NCBI GenBank assembly: GCA_963666115.2
Contig: CAXXET010000006.1
Span: forward strand, 192,001 to 256,000
Direction: 5' to 3'
Length of the DNA: 64,000 nucleotides
DNA from: Dehalococcoidia bacterium
Lineage (GTDB): Bacteria; Chloroflexota; Dehalococcoidia; UBA6926
Shown here: positions 1-10,082 of the stretch, in pieces
Numbering within the stretch: the stretch's first letter is position 1
How the letters are laid out: each line of letters starts with the position of its first letter
Position numbers and translations under genes: made by a program
Notes under the pieces: generated by a model
What the model saw: only the letters and a program-made list of their open reading frames with translations
Database searches by the model: none
Told to the model about the DNA's origin: nothing

Positions 1-154
1 TGATAACGCCGCCGGCGACGCGCGGATTATCGTCGGCGTGGAGGACGTGGCGCTCCACGGGGAGGGTGGCGGCGGCCTTGCCGTCCCCCTTTTCGGTCAG
101 CTTCGCGCCCATCCACTCGATGAGGCGCTCCTTTTGCGCGACAGTCTCGGTCAT
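1..154 (-). CDS. PaaI-family (hotdog) thioesterase, 5' part only (runs off window)
   Basis: Hand translation MTETVAQKERLIEWMGAKLTEKGDGKAAATLPVERHVLHADDNPRVAGGVI resembles the PaaI N-terminus; GGAGG RBS upstream. Confidence 0.55.
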   Translation of the reverse strand, partial: MTETVAQKERLIEWMGAKLTEKGDGKAAATLPVERHVLHADDNPRVAGGVI

Positions 155-217
155 GTTGCCTCCAGCCGCGTCTTTTGCGCGGTTTGAATCACGTCGATTT
201 CCAGTATCATACGAAAC

Positions 218-2119
218 GTGGCTACGCCCGAACCAATGCAGACAGACAGAGCGACACTTTTCCTGTGGGGACGCCGCACCGCAGCCACGCTGATTGCGGC
301 CATTTTCCTGCCCATTGCCATAGCCGCCATCACGTTCTCAGGCGCGCGGTCGTCCGTCACGGAGCCGGATGACGTGATCGGGGCGCTGAACGAGGCGGAT
401 TTCTTCAGCTACGCGCACGACCATCTCATTCCGTCGGCCCTGGACGAACTCTTCCGGGAGACGGACAACGACGTTGTTCGCGCGGCTGAGCCGTGGAAGG
501 GGGACGTTGCGGCTGCCCTCGAGACGGCATTTCCCGCGTCGGAGATTCGCGACGAAACGGAGAATACGCTGCGGGGCGCATGGCCGTATTTGTGGGGGCG
601 AGAGGACGGGTTCGAGGTTGCGATTCCCGTTGCGCCACGAATGGCGCGCGGATTCGACGAGCTATCGCGCCGGGTTTCACGGGAAAACCCGGAGGTTTAC
701 GGCCCGCTGATCGCGCTGCTTGCCGACCGGGTGGAAGAGGAGACGGCCGAGTATTCCGTGAGATCGGTGGATATGGGCGAGATTGCTGAGACGCACCTGC
801 CGGAGATTGCGCCGAGCGACTGGCTGTTTCCGCGTCTTGGGCAGGCGGTGGACGACGTTGGGGCGTATTACATCGGGGAGACGGAGAACTCCGGGATTAC
901 GATTCCGATCAACGACCGGGCATGGGCGGTTCAGAACGCGATCATCGACGTGTTGACGGAGGCCGACGCTGCCGATGCAGCGCTGACGGCGGCGGTTGAG
1001 TCGGGGCTGGACGGGCCAGGGCGGGCGGGGGAGCTGTCGATACCGGGGTTTGACGAGGGCGACACGGAGCTTGTGGCGGAGTACATCGTGGATGCGATTC
1101 CACGCGACGAGTTGGCCGCGGTAGAGGCGCAGGTGATCCAGGACGTGTCCGCGTATGCCGTCGGGCTGTCCGACGATTTGTTGAGTTCTCCGGTGGACCT
1201 GTCCTTGGCGCAGGCGCGGGTTGACGCTTCGACAGAAATCGCGGCGGAGGCCGAGCGGCGTCTTGACGCCAAATTCAACCTGGTGCCCGCCTGCGGGCCC
1301 AGGGAGATCCTGGACATCCGGATGCCGGAAACACTTGAAGACTTTCCGCTGTGCGCGCCCGCCATATTGACGTACACATCGTACCAGCGGGCTGTCGGGT
1401 TCGATGCGGAGAACATCGTGCGAGAGGAAGCGCAGGCGATGATCCCCCTCTCCATTTCGATCAAGTCGGATGACGTGCTGGCGGCGCTGGACCCCGGAGA
1501 ACTGGACCTCATCGAGCGGGTGCGGGAGGTTGTCGCGGAGGGAGTGACGGCGGATGCGGCGAACCTGACAGGAGAGTTGAGCGAGGAACTGTTCGAGGAC
1601 CCGAACCAGTTGCGCGAGTATATCCGCGCGGGGTTTGAGATATCGGATGAGACGCTTGAGGATGCGCTGGGGGAGGGTGATGAGCCTTCGATTCAGCAGG
1701 TCAGGGATTTGCTTGCCGCAAGCGGCATCGTCCAGATTGTGTTGTGGGTGGCTGCGGCGATATTGCTGTTCGCGGTCGCGTTCGTGGGCGGGCAGGGCTG
1801 GGAGGGGCGTCTGACGTGGGCGTCCATCGTGCTGGGGTTGAGCGCGATACTCGCGTGGCTGCTGGCGACGGCGCCGATTGAGTTTATCGTGCGGCCTGCT
1901 CTGGAGGAGTGGACGGACGAACTCATCGCGGGATTCACGGATGACGCGGCGGTGGAGCTGGTGATGCGGGTCGAGACGCTCATCACAGCCCTGCTGGATG
2001 CCGTGTCCGAAAGAGTGAGAGGGCAGGCGATCCGGGTGGGGGTGGTTGCCGGGGTGGCGTTGATCATCGCGCGGCTGCTCGCGCCGGAGTCGGTGGGGCG
2101 GCGTCCGTCCGGGCGGTGA
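218..2119 (+). CDS. Hypothetical membrane protein with large acidic extracytoplasmic domain
   Basis: 633-aa ORF; one N-terminal and about three C-terminal hydrophobic helices. Confidence 0.75.
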   Translation: MATPEPMQTDRATLFLWGRRTAATLIAAIFLPIAIAAITFSGARSSVTEPDDVIGALNEADFFSYAHDHLIPSALDELFRETDNDVVRAAEPWKGDVAAALETAFPASEIRDETENTLRGAWPYLWGREDGFEVAIPVAPRMARGFDELSRRVSRENPEVYGPLIALLADRVEEETAEYSVRSVDMGEIAETHLPEIAPSDWLFPRLGQAVDDVGAYYIGETENSGITIPINDRAWAVQNAIIDVLTEADAADAALTAAVESGLDGPGRAGELSIPGFDEGDTELVAEYIVDAIPRDELAAVEAQVIQDVSAYAVGLSDDLLSSPVDLSLAQARVDASTEIAAEAERRLDAKFNLVPACGPREILDIRMPETLEDFPLCAPAILTYTSYQRAVGFDAENIVREEAQAMIPLSISIKSDDVLAALDPGELDLIERVREVVAEGVTADAANLTGELSEELFEDPNQLREYIRAGFEISDETLEDALGEGDEPSIQQVRDLLAASGIVQIVLWVAAAILLFAVAFVGGQGWEGRLTWASIVLGLSAILAWLLATAPIEFIVRPALEEWTDELIAGFTDDAAVELVMRVETLITALLDAVSERVRGQAIRVGVVAGVALIIARLLAPESVGRRPSGR

Positions 2120-2181
2120 GCGGGGGGGCGGCGCGGGCGCAGGCGGGCGGGTTTCGCGCGTTGTGGCAAAATAGGCTTGTC

Positions 2182-2631
2182 ATGTTGAACGTTGGCGATC
2201 CTGCGCCGGACTTTGAAATCCCACTGGGATCGGGAGAGCGGTTCAGGCTGTCTGAACACCGCGGGCGGAACGTTGTGCTGTTCTTCTACGTGCGCGCGTT
2301 CACGATGGGCTGCACGGCGCAGGTGAGGGGATTCAGCGGCGTCCATGAGGACATCATCGCCAAGAACGCGGTCGTGCTCGGCATCAGCACGGACAGCGTT
2401 GAGAAGCTGGGGCGGTTTGGGGAGGCGACGGGCGCGCCGTTCGGGCTGGGCAGCGACGGGACGAAAGAGGTGCGCCGGCTGTACGACGTGGAGCGGCGCT
2501 TCGGCCTCGGAACGTCGCGAGTGACGTATGTGATCGATGAGGGCGGCATCATCAGGGACGTGTTTCACAATGAGATCGTCATGAAGACGCATATTAGCAA
2601 GACGCTGTCGGCTCTCGACGCCCTCGAATAG
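2182..2631 (+). CDS. bcp: Peroxiredoxin (Bcp/PrxQ)
   Basis: [19 protein letters not shown] (peroxidatic Cys), LGISTD, RVTYVID motifs. Confidence 0.9.
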   Translation: MLNVGDPAPDFEIPLGSGERFRLSEHRGRNVVLFFYVRAFTMGCTAQVRGFSGVHEDIIAKNAVVLGISTDSVEKLGRFGEATGAPFGLGSDGTKEVRRLYDVERRFGLGTSRVTYVIDEGGIIRDVFHNEIVMKTHISKTLSALDALE

Positions 2632-2649
2632 ACGCCGGGAGGGTTCCGT

Positions 2650-2704
2650 TTGACGCGCCCGCTCACACGTGCTACGTTCTAAGGAGCGCGAACAGGGGTT
2701 CGCG
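2650..2704 (+). promoter_or_regulatory. lexA promoter with SOS box
   Basis: TTGACG (2650-2655), 17 bp spacer, TACGTT (2673-2678); palindrome CGC-GAAC-AGGG-GTTC-GCG (2687-2704) is a GAAC-N4-GTTC box directly upstream of lexA. Confidence 0.8.
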
Positions 2705-2744
2705 GGTTTTTGGCGCGGCGACGGCGTAGACACGAGGGAGGGCA

Positions 2745-3380
2745 GTGATGGTAGAGAATCTGAGGCCACGGCAGCAGGCCATCATGAGGTTCATCGAGAA
2801 TTTCCTGGACGAGAACGGGTATCCGCCGACGGTGCGGGACATCCAGTACGGGTGCGGGATTTCATCGACGAGCGTGGTGGACTACAACCTGAAGGGGCTG
2901 GTGCGGGGCGGTTTCCTGCGTCGGTCCAAGGAGGTCTCGCGCGGGATCGAGGTTGTGGGGCGCAGCGAGCGGCGGGTGAAGATTCCCGTGCTGGCGGCCA
3001 TCGCGGCGGGTCAGCCGCTGCCGGTGTTCCCGCAGGACGTGGCGACGGCTATCGAAGAGGATTCGGTGGACATCGATTCGAACATGGCCGCGGACACGGA
3101 CAAGCTCTATGCGCTGCGGGTGAAGGGCGATTCGATGATCGACGCGCTGATCAGGGACGGGGATATGGTCGTCCTGGAGGCGCAGGAGTCGGCGCAGCCC
3201 GGCGAGATGGTGGCGGCGTGGCTCGTTCAGGAGGAGGAGGCGACGTTGAAGCGTTTCTTCCCGGAGGGCGAGCGCGTGCGGTTGCAGCCGGAGAACACGA
3301 CGATGTCGCCGATCTACGTGGACGCGCGGAACGTGCAGATCCGGGGGCGCGTGGTGGGGGTTTTGCGGCGGTACGAGTAG
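2745..3380 (+). CDS. lexA: SOS repressor LexA
   Basis: GYPPTVRDI wHTH, IAAG cleavage site, GDSM Ser, ATLKRF Lys. Confidence 0.97.
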   Translation: MMVENLRPRQQAIMRFIENFLDENGYPPTVRDIQYGCGISSTSVVDYNLKGLVRGGFLRRSKEVSRGIEVVGRSERRVKIPVLAAIAAGQPLPVFPQDVATAIEEDSVDIDSNMAADTDKLYALRVKGDSMIDALIRDGDMVVLEAQESAQPGEMVAAWLVQEEEATLKRFFPEGERVRLQPENTTMSPIYVDARNVQIRGRVVGVLRRYE

Positions 3381-3438
3381 GGGCGGTCCCCGCCTGCTCG
3401 GGGGATACGGCGCCACAGCGCAGACCGGCGCGTTACGA

Positions 3439-3675
3439 GTGCAGCCAATGATGCGACGTTTCGAGCCTTTGGGTGGAGTCATCACTGATGTCGCTGTCGA
3501 TGAGGACGGCTTTGCGTCGGTTACCGTCGAGCATCCGGCCTGTGGCAGCAGCATGGGGTATGCCTCCGGTCCGCTTGACCCGGTGAGCGAGGACGTGGCG
3601 TGCAGCAACTGCGGAGAGACGCTGATGCGGTACACGGGGGAGGATGGGATAGCAGCGGACGCGCCGCACCCGTGA
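3439..3675 (+). CDS. Small putative zinc-ribbon protein
   Basis: 78 aa with HPACG and CSNCG motifs. Confidence 0.5.
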   Translation: MQPMMRRFEPLGGVITDVAVDEDGFASVTVEHPACGSSMGYASGPLDPVSEDVACSNCGETLMRYTGEDGIAADAPHP

Positions 3676-3728
3676 GCAAAGGCGGTCTCATGTTGTCTTG
3701 GTGGGTTAGCGCATGCACACTCTAAGGC

Positions 3729-4049
3729 ATGGTTCAGCTCCTTAGCGGCGCTTGGCGAGACCGCCTCGGCGATATTGTTGCGGCTGCAAGCCGTAGCGTG
3801 CTTATCGTCGCCCCCTACATCAAGAATGACGAAGCAGTATGGCTCTGCAATCAGTTACGCCCTGGTATCGAGGTCGTCACCCTCGCAAACTTGGATAGGG
3901 AAGCCGTTAGCAGTTCGGCTTTGGACATATCCGCTCTTCAGCATCTCGCCAGAGTGTCCTTGCTTATGACTCCAGTTCGAAGACTTGGGCGCTTGCCCAA
4001 GGAACCTGACGTCAGGCCGCGCAAGGGGATTTCATGGTTGGCGCGATGA
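3729..4049 (+). pseudogene. Truncated phospholipase D-like nuclease domain fragment
   Basis: SVLIVAPYIK / VVTL..SALDISAL resembles a PLD-nuclease N-terminus; ends before any HxK motif, next to a repeat cluster. Confidence 0.45.
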
Positions 4050-4055
4050 GATTGA

Positions 4056-4153
4056 GATTCCCGCTTTCGCGGGAATGACGGAGGGGGTCTTCACCCTTCG
4101 ACAGGCTCAGGGTGAACGGGCGGGAGTGGGCCCCCGCCTGCGCGGGGGATACG
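4056..4153. repeat. Palindromic repeat cluster (family A ATTCCC-N8-GGGAAT, family B CCCTTCGACAGGCTCAGGGTGAACGG, plus a CCCCGCCTGC-type hairpin)
   Basis: A at 4056-4079, B at 4094-4119; the same units recur elsewhere in the window. Confidence 0.9.
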
Positions 4154-4225
4154 AGTGGGGCGTGTGGGCCGCCGCCTACGGGGGGGATGCGGAGGGGGTG
4201 GGGTTAGTCTGCGGAGGGGGGGCGG

Positions 4226-4369
4226 TTAGTCTGCGGAGGGGACTCTGCGTTGGCCCTGGAGTTCCATTTCCTTGTCGCAGCAGGAGATGACGACGTCGGC
4301 GGCCTTGGTCGCCAACACCTGCGTTCCACAGTCTTCACATTCGTAGCGCTTGCCTAGCTGCATTGACAT
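4226..4369 (-). CDS. Desulforedoxin-like small metal-binding protein (47 aa)
   Basis: MSMQLGKRYECEDCGTQVLATKAADVVISCCDKEMELQGQRRVPSAD; CxxC...CC motif; GGAGG RBS; not in ORF track. Confidence 0.8.
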   Translation of the reverse strand: MSMQLGKRYECEDCGTQVLATKAADVVISCCDKEMELQGQRRVPSAD

Positions 4370-4446
4370 TTTTTGTCCTCCCAGCGTGCGCGCGCCGTTT
4401 GACGCGCGACTCAGTCATTCTGTTGCGTTATGCGTGATGTTTTACG

Positions 4447-4563
4447 TTACTTCTGCGCCAGCTGCGCGCCGCAGCAGGTGAGGTCGCCTTCGCCCGCCTT
4501 GGTGACGACCACCTCGACGCCGCAGTCCGCGCAACCGTATCGCTTGCCCATCTGGTTCGCCAT
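4447..4563 (-). CDS. Desulforedoxin-like small metal-binding protein (38 aa)
   Basis: MANQMGKRYGCADCGVEVVVTKAGEGDLTCCGAQLAQK; CxxC...CCG motif; GGAGG upstream; not in ORF track. Confidence 0.8.
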   Translation of the reverse strand: MANQMGKRYGCADCGVEVVVTKAGEGDLTCCGAQLAQK

Positions 4564-4732
4564 GTCCCTGACTCAACCTCCCGTTCCGTCGTTGAATTGT
4601 TGAGGATGCGGGCGATTTCACAGGCCCGGAGGCCGCGCCGCCGCAAGAAGTCTCAGTATAGGGTTGCGTACTGAGACTCGTCAATTGGAGCGGAGCGTGC
4701 GGGCGGCGGCGGATGCGAGTAGTATGGGCGGC

Positions 4733-4996
4733 ATGAAGGACGAGTGGTTGGCCGCGTGGGCCTTCGTCGGCATCATGATCGCGATCAAGATCGTGCTGGG
4801 CGTGATCATCTTCATCTACATGCCGCTCCGGGAGACGGCGTCGCTTTATACCGTCGTTCACCTCAGCGCCGTCTTCGGCGTGATCCCGCTGCTAGCGCTG
4901 GCGGGGGGCGGGGTTCTGTTCTGGTGGAAGGTTGTCCGCCTGCGGATGCAGCGCAAGCGGCTGCTGGAATCAGAGTGGCAAGTCGACGCGGATTAG
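4733..4996 (+). CDS. Small hypothetical membrane protein
   Basis: Two hydrophobic helices and a basic C-terminal tail. Confidence 0.6.
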   Translation: MKDEWLAAWAFVGIMIAIKIVLGVIIFIYMPLRETASLYTVVHLSAVFGVIPLLALAGGGVLFWWKVVRLRMQRKRLLESEWQVDAD

Positions 4997-4999
4997 CGG

Positions 5000-6088
5000 T
5001 CACTCATCGGCGAGCAGGAAGCAACTCGACGCCTTTACCACCGCCCACATCCGCGCTCCCTCGCGTATGCCCAGTTGGGTGATTGCGTGGCGCGTGACGT
5101 GGGAAACGAGGGTCAGGCCCGCGCCGCAGTCTACGGTTACGTCATGGCCGGGGGACCGCGGCTCGATGGCCGTGACGGTTCCGGCAAAGACGTTTCGGGC
5201 GGACAGCCCCTGCGGCTCGCTGTTGGCAAGGATGACGTCCGAGGAGCGGATGCCGACGGTGACCACGTCCCCCTGCCGCGCTTCGGCAAGCGGCGTTTCG
5301 AGGGTGAGCGGGGAATCATCAAGGGTCTCACAGAGCATCGCGCCGTCCTCGGGCTGGAGGCGGGCGACGCGCATCCGCAGGAGGTTCTCCACGCCGGACA
5401 GGCGGGCGATGCGCGGGGCGGCGGGCTGGCGAAGGGTTGCGACGGGATCACCCCCGGCGACGATGCGGCCGTTGTCGATGATCTGAACATGGTCTGCCAG
5501 CGCAAGCGCCTCCTCCGCGTCATGCGTCACGAGGATGACGGGCACGCGGGACGCGGTGAGGACCTGCCGGATCTCCTGGCGGACGGCGCGGCGGAGTTCG
5601 GAGTCGAGGGCGGCGAACGGCTCGTCGAGGAGGAGGACGCGGGGCCGGTTCGCCAATGCCCGCGCAAGGGCGACGCGCTGCCGTTGGCCGCCGGACAGTT
5701 CCCAGATGCGACGGCCCTGCAGCTCCTGGAGGTCAAGCGCGCGTGTGAGTTCGGCGGCGCGTGACTGGGAGGCGGGGTCGTGCGCGCCGTAGGCGATGTT
5801 GGCGGCCACCGTGAGATGGGGAAACAGGCCGTATTCCTGGGGCATGAGGCCGACGCGGCGGCGATGGGGCGGGGTCCAGAGACTTGCCGCGCTGTCAAAG
5901 ACGACCGCGCCGTCCAGCTCGATGCGTCCTTCGTCGGGTTGGACAAGGCCGGCGATGGCACGGAGGGTAAGGGACTTGCCCGCGCCGGAGGGGCCGTAGA
6001 GGACGGTGACCGTTCCGGGGTCAACGTCCCACGCGACGTCCAGCGAGAACGCGCCGATCCGGTGTCGAATCCATCCGCGGGCGCTCAT
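5000..6088 (-). CDS. modC: Molybdate ABC transporter ATPase
   Basis: GPSGAGKS, LSGGQRQR, LLDEPF, C-terminal TOBE/Mop region; start overlaps modB stop. Confidence 0.92.
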   Translation of the reverse strand: MSARGWIRHRIGAFSLDVAWDVDPGTVTVLYGPSGAGKSLTLRAIAGLVQPDEGRIELDGAVVFDSAASLWTPPHRRRVGLMPQEYGLFPHLTVAANIAYGAHDPASQSRAAELTRALDLQELQGRRIWELSGGQRQRVALARALANRPRVLLLDEPFAALDSELRRAVRQEIRQVLTASRVPVILVTHDAEEALALADHVQIIDNGRIVAGGDPVATLRQPAAPRIARLSGVENLLRMRVARLQPEDGAMLCETLDDSPLTLETPLAEARQGDVVTVGIRSSDVILANSEPQGLSARNVFAGTVTAIEPRSPGHDVTVDCGAGLTLVSHVTRHAITQLGIREGARMWAVVKASSCFLLADE

Positions 6089-6885
6089 TCGAGCCTCCCG
6101 GCGGGCACGGCAGCGCGGGCGGCGGCCAGGGCAAGCACCAGCAAGACGATGATTGACGCGGCCACGAGGATGACGGCCAGGGCGAGGGCTGCGCCGACAT
6201 CGCTCTCCATCGCGCTCAGGATGGCGAGCGGCATAGTCTGGGTGCGTCCGGTGAGGTTGCCGGCGAACATGATCGTCGCGCCGAACTCGGAGATGGCGCG
6301 CGCCCACGAGAGGGCAAGACCGCCGACTAGCGACGGCCACGCCAGGGGAGCGGAGACACGCCAGAAGGTGCGCCACGGGGAGACGCCCAGGGTCTGGGAG
6401 ATTTCCTCCAGTTCGCGGGGCACGGCCTGGAACCCGAGTTTGGCGGCGCGGATGAAGAACGGGGCGGAGACGAATATCTGGGCGAGTATGACGGCGGCGG
6501 TGGTGAACGGCAGGCGGATGCCGGCGGCGTCGAGCGGGCCGCCCAGGATGCCCATGCGTCCAAAGGCCATGAGCATGGCCAAGCCCGCGACGACGGGCGG
6601 CAGGACCAGGGGAACGTCGATCAAGACATCTATGACGCGCGACGCGGGGCCTGAGCGGCGGGACAGGTAGCGAGCGATGGGGATGCCTGCTCCAACCACG
6701 ATGATCATGCTGATGAGGCTGGTGAGCAGCGAGAGGCGGAGGGCGGTGAGGGTGACGTCGGCGGTGAGGCTGTCCCAGAGGCTGCCTGCGGAGACGGCGC
6801 GGATGACGAGGGCTGTAAGAGGGAGGGCGATGAATGCGATGTAGATGAGGGTGAGGGCGCCGCCGGGGACTGTTGAGCGGTTCAT
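6085..6885 (-). CDS. modB: Molybdate ABC transporter permease
   Basis: PLVLPPVVAG and WARAISEFGAT motifs. Confidence 0.93.
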   Translation of the reverse strand: MNRSTVPGGALTLIYIAFIALPLTALVIRAVSAGSLWDSLTADVTLTALRLSLLTSLISMIIVVGAGIPIARYLSRRSGPASRVIDVLIDVPLVLPPVVAGLAMLMAFGRMGILGGPLDAAGIRLPFTTAAVILAQIFVSAPFFIRAAKLGFQAVPRELEEISQTLGVSPWRTFWRVSAPLAWPSLVGGLALSWARAISEFGATIMFAGNLTGRTQTMPLAILSAMESDVGAALALAVILVAASIIVLLVLALAAARAAVPAGRLE

Positions 6886-7679
6886 GGCAGGAATCCGTGG
6901 GAGGTGAGGATTTGGCGGGCGGCGTCGGAGACGAGGAAGGTTAGGAATGCTTGGGCGGCGGGTTGGCGGGGGGAATCGGCCAGGATTGCGGCTACGTAGG
7001 TGATGTCAGCGGGGTTTTGGTCCGGGATTGCCAGGGAGCGGAGGCCGGCGTTGCGGAGATCGGAGCGGTAGACGAAACCGGCGTCGGCTTCGCCGAGCTG
7101 CACCTTTGCCAGGACGGCGCGGACGTTGGTTTCCTCGGACACTACGTTGGCGAGGACGGCGTCGTCGTATTCGGCAGGGAAACTCGATTGGCGCGCCATG
7201 TCTGCGAGGAGGGCACGGGCGTAGCGTCCGGCGGGCACGTCGGGGAGGGCAATCACGATTTGGACGCCGGGCTTCGCAAGGTCTTCCAGGGAGTGAATCG
7301 CTTGGTTTGAGTTGGCGAGGGCGACGACCATTTCGTTGGCGGCGACGTTGGCGGGTGACGAATCGGCGAGCAGGTGGGCAATTGCGTCGACGTGGCGGGG
7401 GTCTGCGGAGATGAAGACGTCGGCCTCGGCGCCCTCCTCGATCTGGGCGCGGAGGCGGGAGCTGGCGGCGAAGTGGGTTTCGATGATCACACCGTCATTT
7501 TCTGCTTCAAATGTTTCTGCCGCTTCGGTGAGGGCGTTTGTTAGGGATGATGCGGCGAATACGCGGAGGGCGGCGTCGTCATCCGGCCTGTCCGGGGCGC
7601 AGGCGGCGGAGAGGAGGAGGGCAAGGGCGGCCAGGGTGAGCATAAGCGGGTATGGGATATGGCGGGTTATGGTAGTCAC
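6882..7679 (-). CDS. modA: Molybdate-binding lipoprotein
   Basis: Lipobox SAAC, FAASSL, VPAGRYA, EADAGFVYRSD. Confidence 0.93.
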   Translation of the reverse strand: MTTITRHIPYPLMLTLAALALLLSAACAPDRPDDDAALRVFAASSLTNALTEAAETFEAENDGVIIETHFAASSRLRAQIEEGAEADVFISADPRHVDAIAHLLADSSPANVAANEMVVALANSNQAIHSLEDLAKPGVQIVIALPDVPAGRYARALLADMARQSSFPAEYDDAVLANVVSEETNVRAVLAKVQLGEADAGFVYRSDLRNAGLRSLAIPDQNPADITYVAAILADSPRQPAAQAFLTFLVSDAARQILTSHGFLP

Positions 7680-7707
7680 GGTGGTGGGTACAGTGTACCG
7701 CGCGTGC

Positions 7708-7763
7708 CCCTTCGACAGGCTCAGGGTGAACGGGGGTTAGATTCCCGCTTTCGCGGGAATGAC
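7708..7763. repeat. Palindromic repeats, families B and A
   Basis: B 7708-7733 and A 7740-7763, identical to the copies near 4.1 kb. Confidence 0.9.
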
Positions 7764-7793
7764 GGAGGGGGGTGGGTCGGGTATGATTTGGGT

Positions 7794-8585
7794 ATGAGTA
7801 CTACACTGCTTTCGTGGAATGTGAACGGGCTGCGGGCGGTCAACCGGAAGGGGGAATTTCCGGCGATATTGTCGAATGTCTCGCCGGACGTTCTGTGCAT
7901 CCAGGAGACGAAATCCCAGCCGGATCAACTCACGAAGGCCGTTCTGGAGGTTGCCGGGTACGAGGCGCATTTTGCCTCTGCGGAGCGCAAGGGGTATTCC
8001 GGGGTGGCGGTGTATACGAAGGCCGCGCCGAAGGACGTGTCCACCACGTTCGGGCCCGATAACCGCTGGGACAACGAGGGGCGCGTGCTGCGGCTGGATT
8101 ACGGCGAGTTCGTGCTGTTCAACGTGTATTTCCCCAACGGGCGCGCGTCCAAGGAGCGTCTTGCCTACAAGATGGAGTTCTACGACGCGTTTTTCGACCA
8201 TATCGAGTCCGAGAGGCGGGCGGGGAACAATATCGTGGTGTGCGGCGACGTGAATACGGCGCACCACGAGATCGACCTGGCGCGTCCAAAGGAGAACCAG
8301 AAGACGTCCGGGTTCCTGCCGGAGGAGCGGGCGTGGATGGACAAGCTGATGGGCAGCGGGTACGTGGACACGTTCCGCAGGTTCGTGCCGGATGAGAACG
8401 GGCACTATTCCTACTGGGACACGATGACGCGGGCACGGGAGCGCAACGTTGGGTGGCGGATCGATTACTTCTTCGTGAACGAGGAGTTGATGGATCGCGT
8501 GTCCAATGCGTTCATCCTGTCCGACGTCATGGGCTCCGATCACTGCCCGGTGGGCCTGGAACTGTCTTTTGACCTGGGGACATGA
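7794..8585 (+). CDS. xth: Exodeoxyribonuclease III / AP endonuclease
   Basis: SWNVNGLRA, CIQETK, CGDVN, GWRIDY, GSDHCP. Confidence 0.96.
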   Translation: MSTTLLSWNVNGLRAVNRKGEFPAILSNVSPDVLCIQETKSQPDQLTKAVLEVAGYEAHFASAERKGYSGVAVYTKAAPKDVSTTFGPDNRWDNEGRVLRLDYGEFVLFNVYFPNGRASKERLAYKMEFYDAFFDHIESERRAGNNIVVCGDVNTAHHEIDLARPKENQKTSGFLPEERAWMDKLMGSGYVDTFRRFVPDENGHYSYWDTMTRARERNVGWRIDYFFVNEELMDRVSNAFILSDVMGSDHCPVGLELSFDLGT

Positions 8586-10066
8586 TTGTCCCCTCGCGCA
8601 GTCCCGAGCGCCACATCCGGCGCACGAAGATCATCGCCACGATTGGGCCCGCCTCAAGCGATGAGGGGACGCTGGCTCGCCTCATCGAGGCGGGCGTCGA
8701 TACCGTCAGGCTGAACTTTTCACACGGCACGCCGGATGAGCACGCGGACGTGGTGCGGCGAGTGCGCCGCATCGCCCAACAGACGGGCAGGGCGGTGGGC
8801 GTGCTGCAAGACCTGCAGGGGCCGCGTTTGCGAACCGGCACGTTGGCCGGCGGCGCCCCGGTGATGCTGGAGGACGGCGCTCCGTTCGTGCTGACGGCGC
8901 GGGATTTGCCGGACGGCACGGCGGGGGCGGTGTCCGTGAATCATCCGCATCTGCCGCAGGACGTGCGGCCCGGCGACAGGCTGCTGCTGGCGGACGGGGC
9001 GCTGGAGCTTGAGGTCGCGCGGAGCGACGACGATGACATTCATACGGTCGTCCTGCAGGGGGGCGAGCTTGGCGAGCGGAAGGGCATCAACGCGCCGAAC
9101 ATCAACGTGAGCGTGGCGTCGCCGACAGAGAAGGACCGGGAGGATATGGCGCGCGGCGTGACGATGGGCGTGGACCACGTGGCGCTGTCCTTCGTGCGGA
9201 CGCCGGAGGAGATCGAGGCGGCGCGAGCCATGCTGCGCGAGCTGGGCGCGCCGCATATGTCGATCATCCCCAAGATCGAGCGGTCGGAGGCACTGGACAA
9301 TATCGACGCGATACTTGGGGTGTGCGACGCGGCCATGCTGGCGCGCGGCGACCTCGGGGTCGATCTCGGCGTGGAGCGTGTTCCCATCATCCAGAAGTCC
9401 GTTGTCCACCGCGCGAACCATCGACGCGTGCCGGTGATCGTGGCGACGCAGATGCTGGAATCGATGATCGACAATCGCCGTCCAACGCGGGCGGAGGCGT
9501 CGGACGTGGCCAACGCGGTGCTGGAGGGGGCGGACGCGGTGATGTTAAGCGGGGAGACGTCGATTGGACAGTTCCCGGTGGAATCGGTGCGGACGATGGA
9601 CCGCATCATCCGGGAGGTTGAGATGAGCGACGAGTACCTGGATGTATCGCGGCGGGCGGCGGCGGATTCGGGCGGGCCGGGGACGGACCGAAAGATTGCG
9701 CGCGCCGTGGTGAGCCTGCTCTCCGACATTGGGGCCGCTGCCGTGATCGTCTTTTCACCGGACGATCTGATGCCGGAAATGCTTTCCCTGGAGCGCCCGT
9801 CTGCGCCCGTCATCGCCTTTACGGACAGCCGCGTGCTCTACCGGCGGATGGCGTTGTGGCACGCGATTCAGCCGCAGTGGGGGCTGCGGTACGACGACAC
9901 GGACGCGCTGGTCCAGTACATGCTGGCGGAATCGCGGGATCGGGGGCTTGTGCAGGCCGGGGATGAGGTTGTGGTGGCGCGGCTTGCGCCGCATGACATG
10001 GCCGACGCGCCCAATTTTATTTCCGTGCTGCGGATTCCCGAGGCGCAGCTGGGGCCGCGCAGTTGA
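8582..10066 (+). CDS. pyk: Pyruvate kinase
   Basis: TKIIATIGPA, RLNFSHG, ARGDLG, ATQMLESM, VMLSGETS. Confidence 0.96.
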   Translation: MIVPSRSPERHIRRTKIIATIGPASSDEGTLARLIEAGVDTVRLNFSHGTPDEHADVVRRVRRIAQQTGRAVGVLQDLQGPRLRTGTLAGGAPVMLEDGAPFVLTARDLPDGTAGAVSVNHPHLPQDVRPGDRLLLADGALELEVARSDDDDIHTVVLQGGELGERKGINAPNINVSVASPTEKDREDMARGVTMGVDHVALSFVRTPEEIEAARAMLRELGAPHMSIIPKIERSEALDNIDAILGVCDAAMLARGDLGVDLGVERVPIIQKSVVHRANHRRVPVIVATQMLESMIDNRRPTRAEASDVANAVLEGADAVMLSGETSIGQFPVESVRTMDRIIREVEMSDEYLDVSRRAAADSGGPGTDRKIARAVVSLLSDIGAAAVIVFSPDDLMPEMLSLERPSAPVIAFTDSRVLYRRMALWHAIQPQWGLRYDDTDALVQYMLAESRDRGLVQAGDEVVVARLAPHDMADAPNFISVLRIPEAQLGPRS

Positions 10067-10082
10067 CATGGGGAATGAGGCT

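Noticed and set aside
6089-6376. N-terminal extension of ModC
   Set aside because: It overlaps modB in another frame; the coupled ATG at 6088 is the better start.
7680-7790. Moco riboswitch or ModE box upstream of modA
   Set aside because: The region is occupied by generic repeat families; no recognisable motif.
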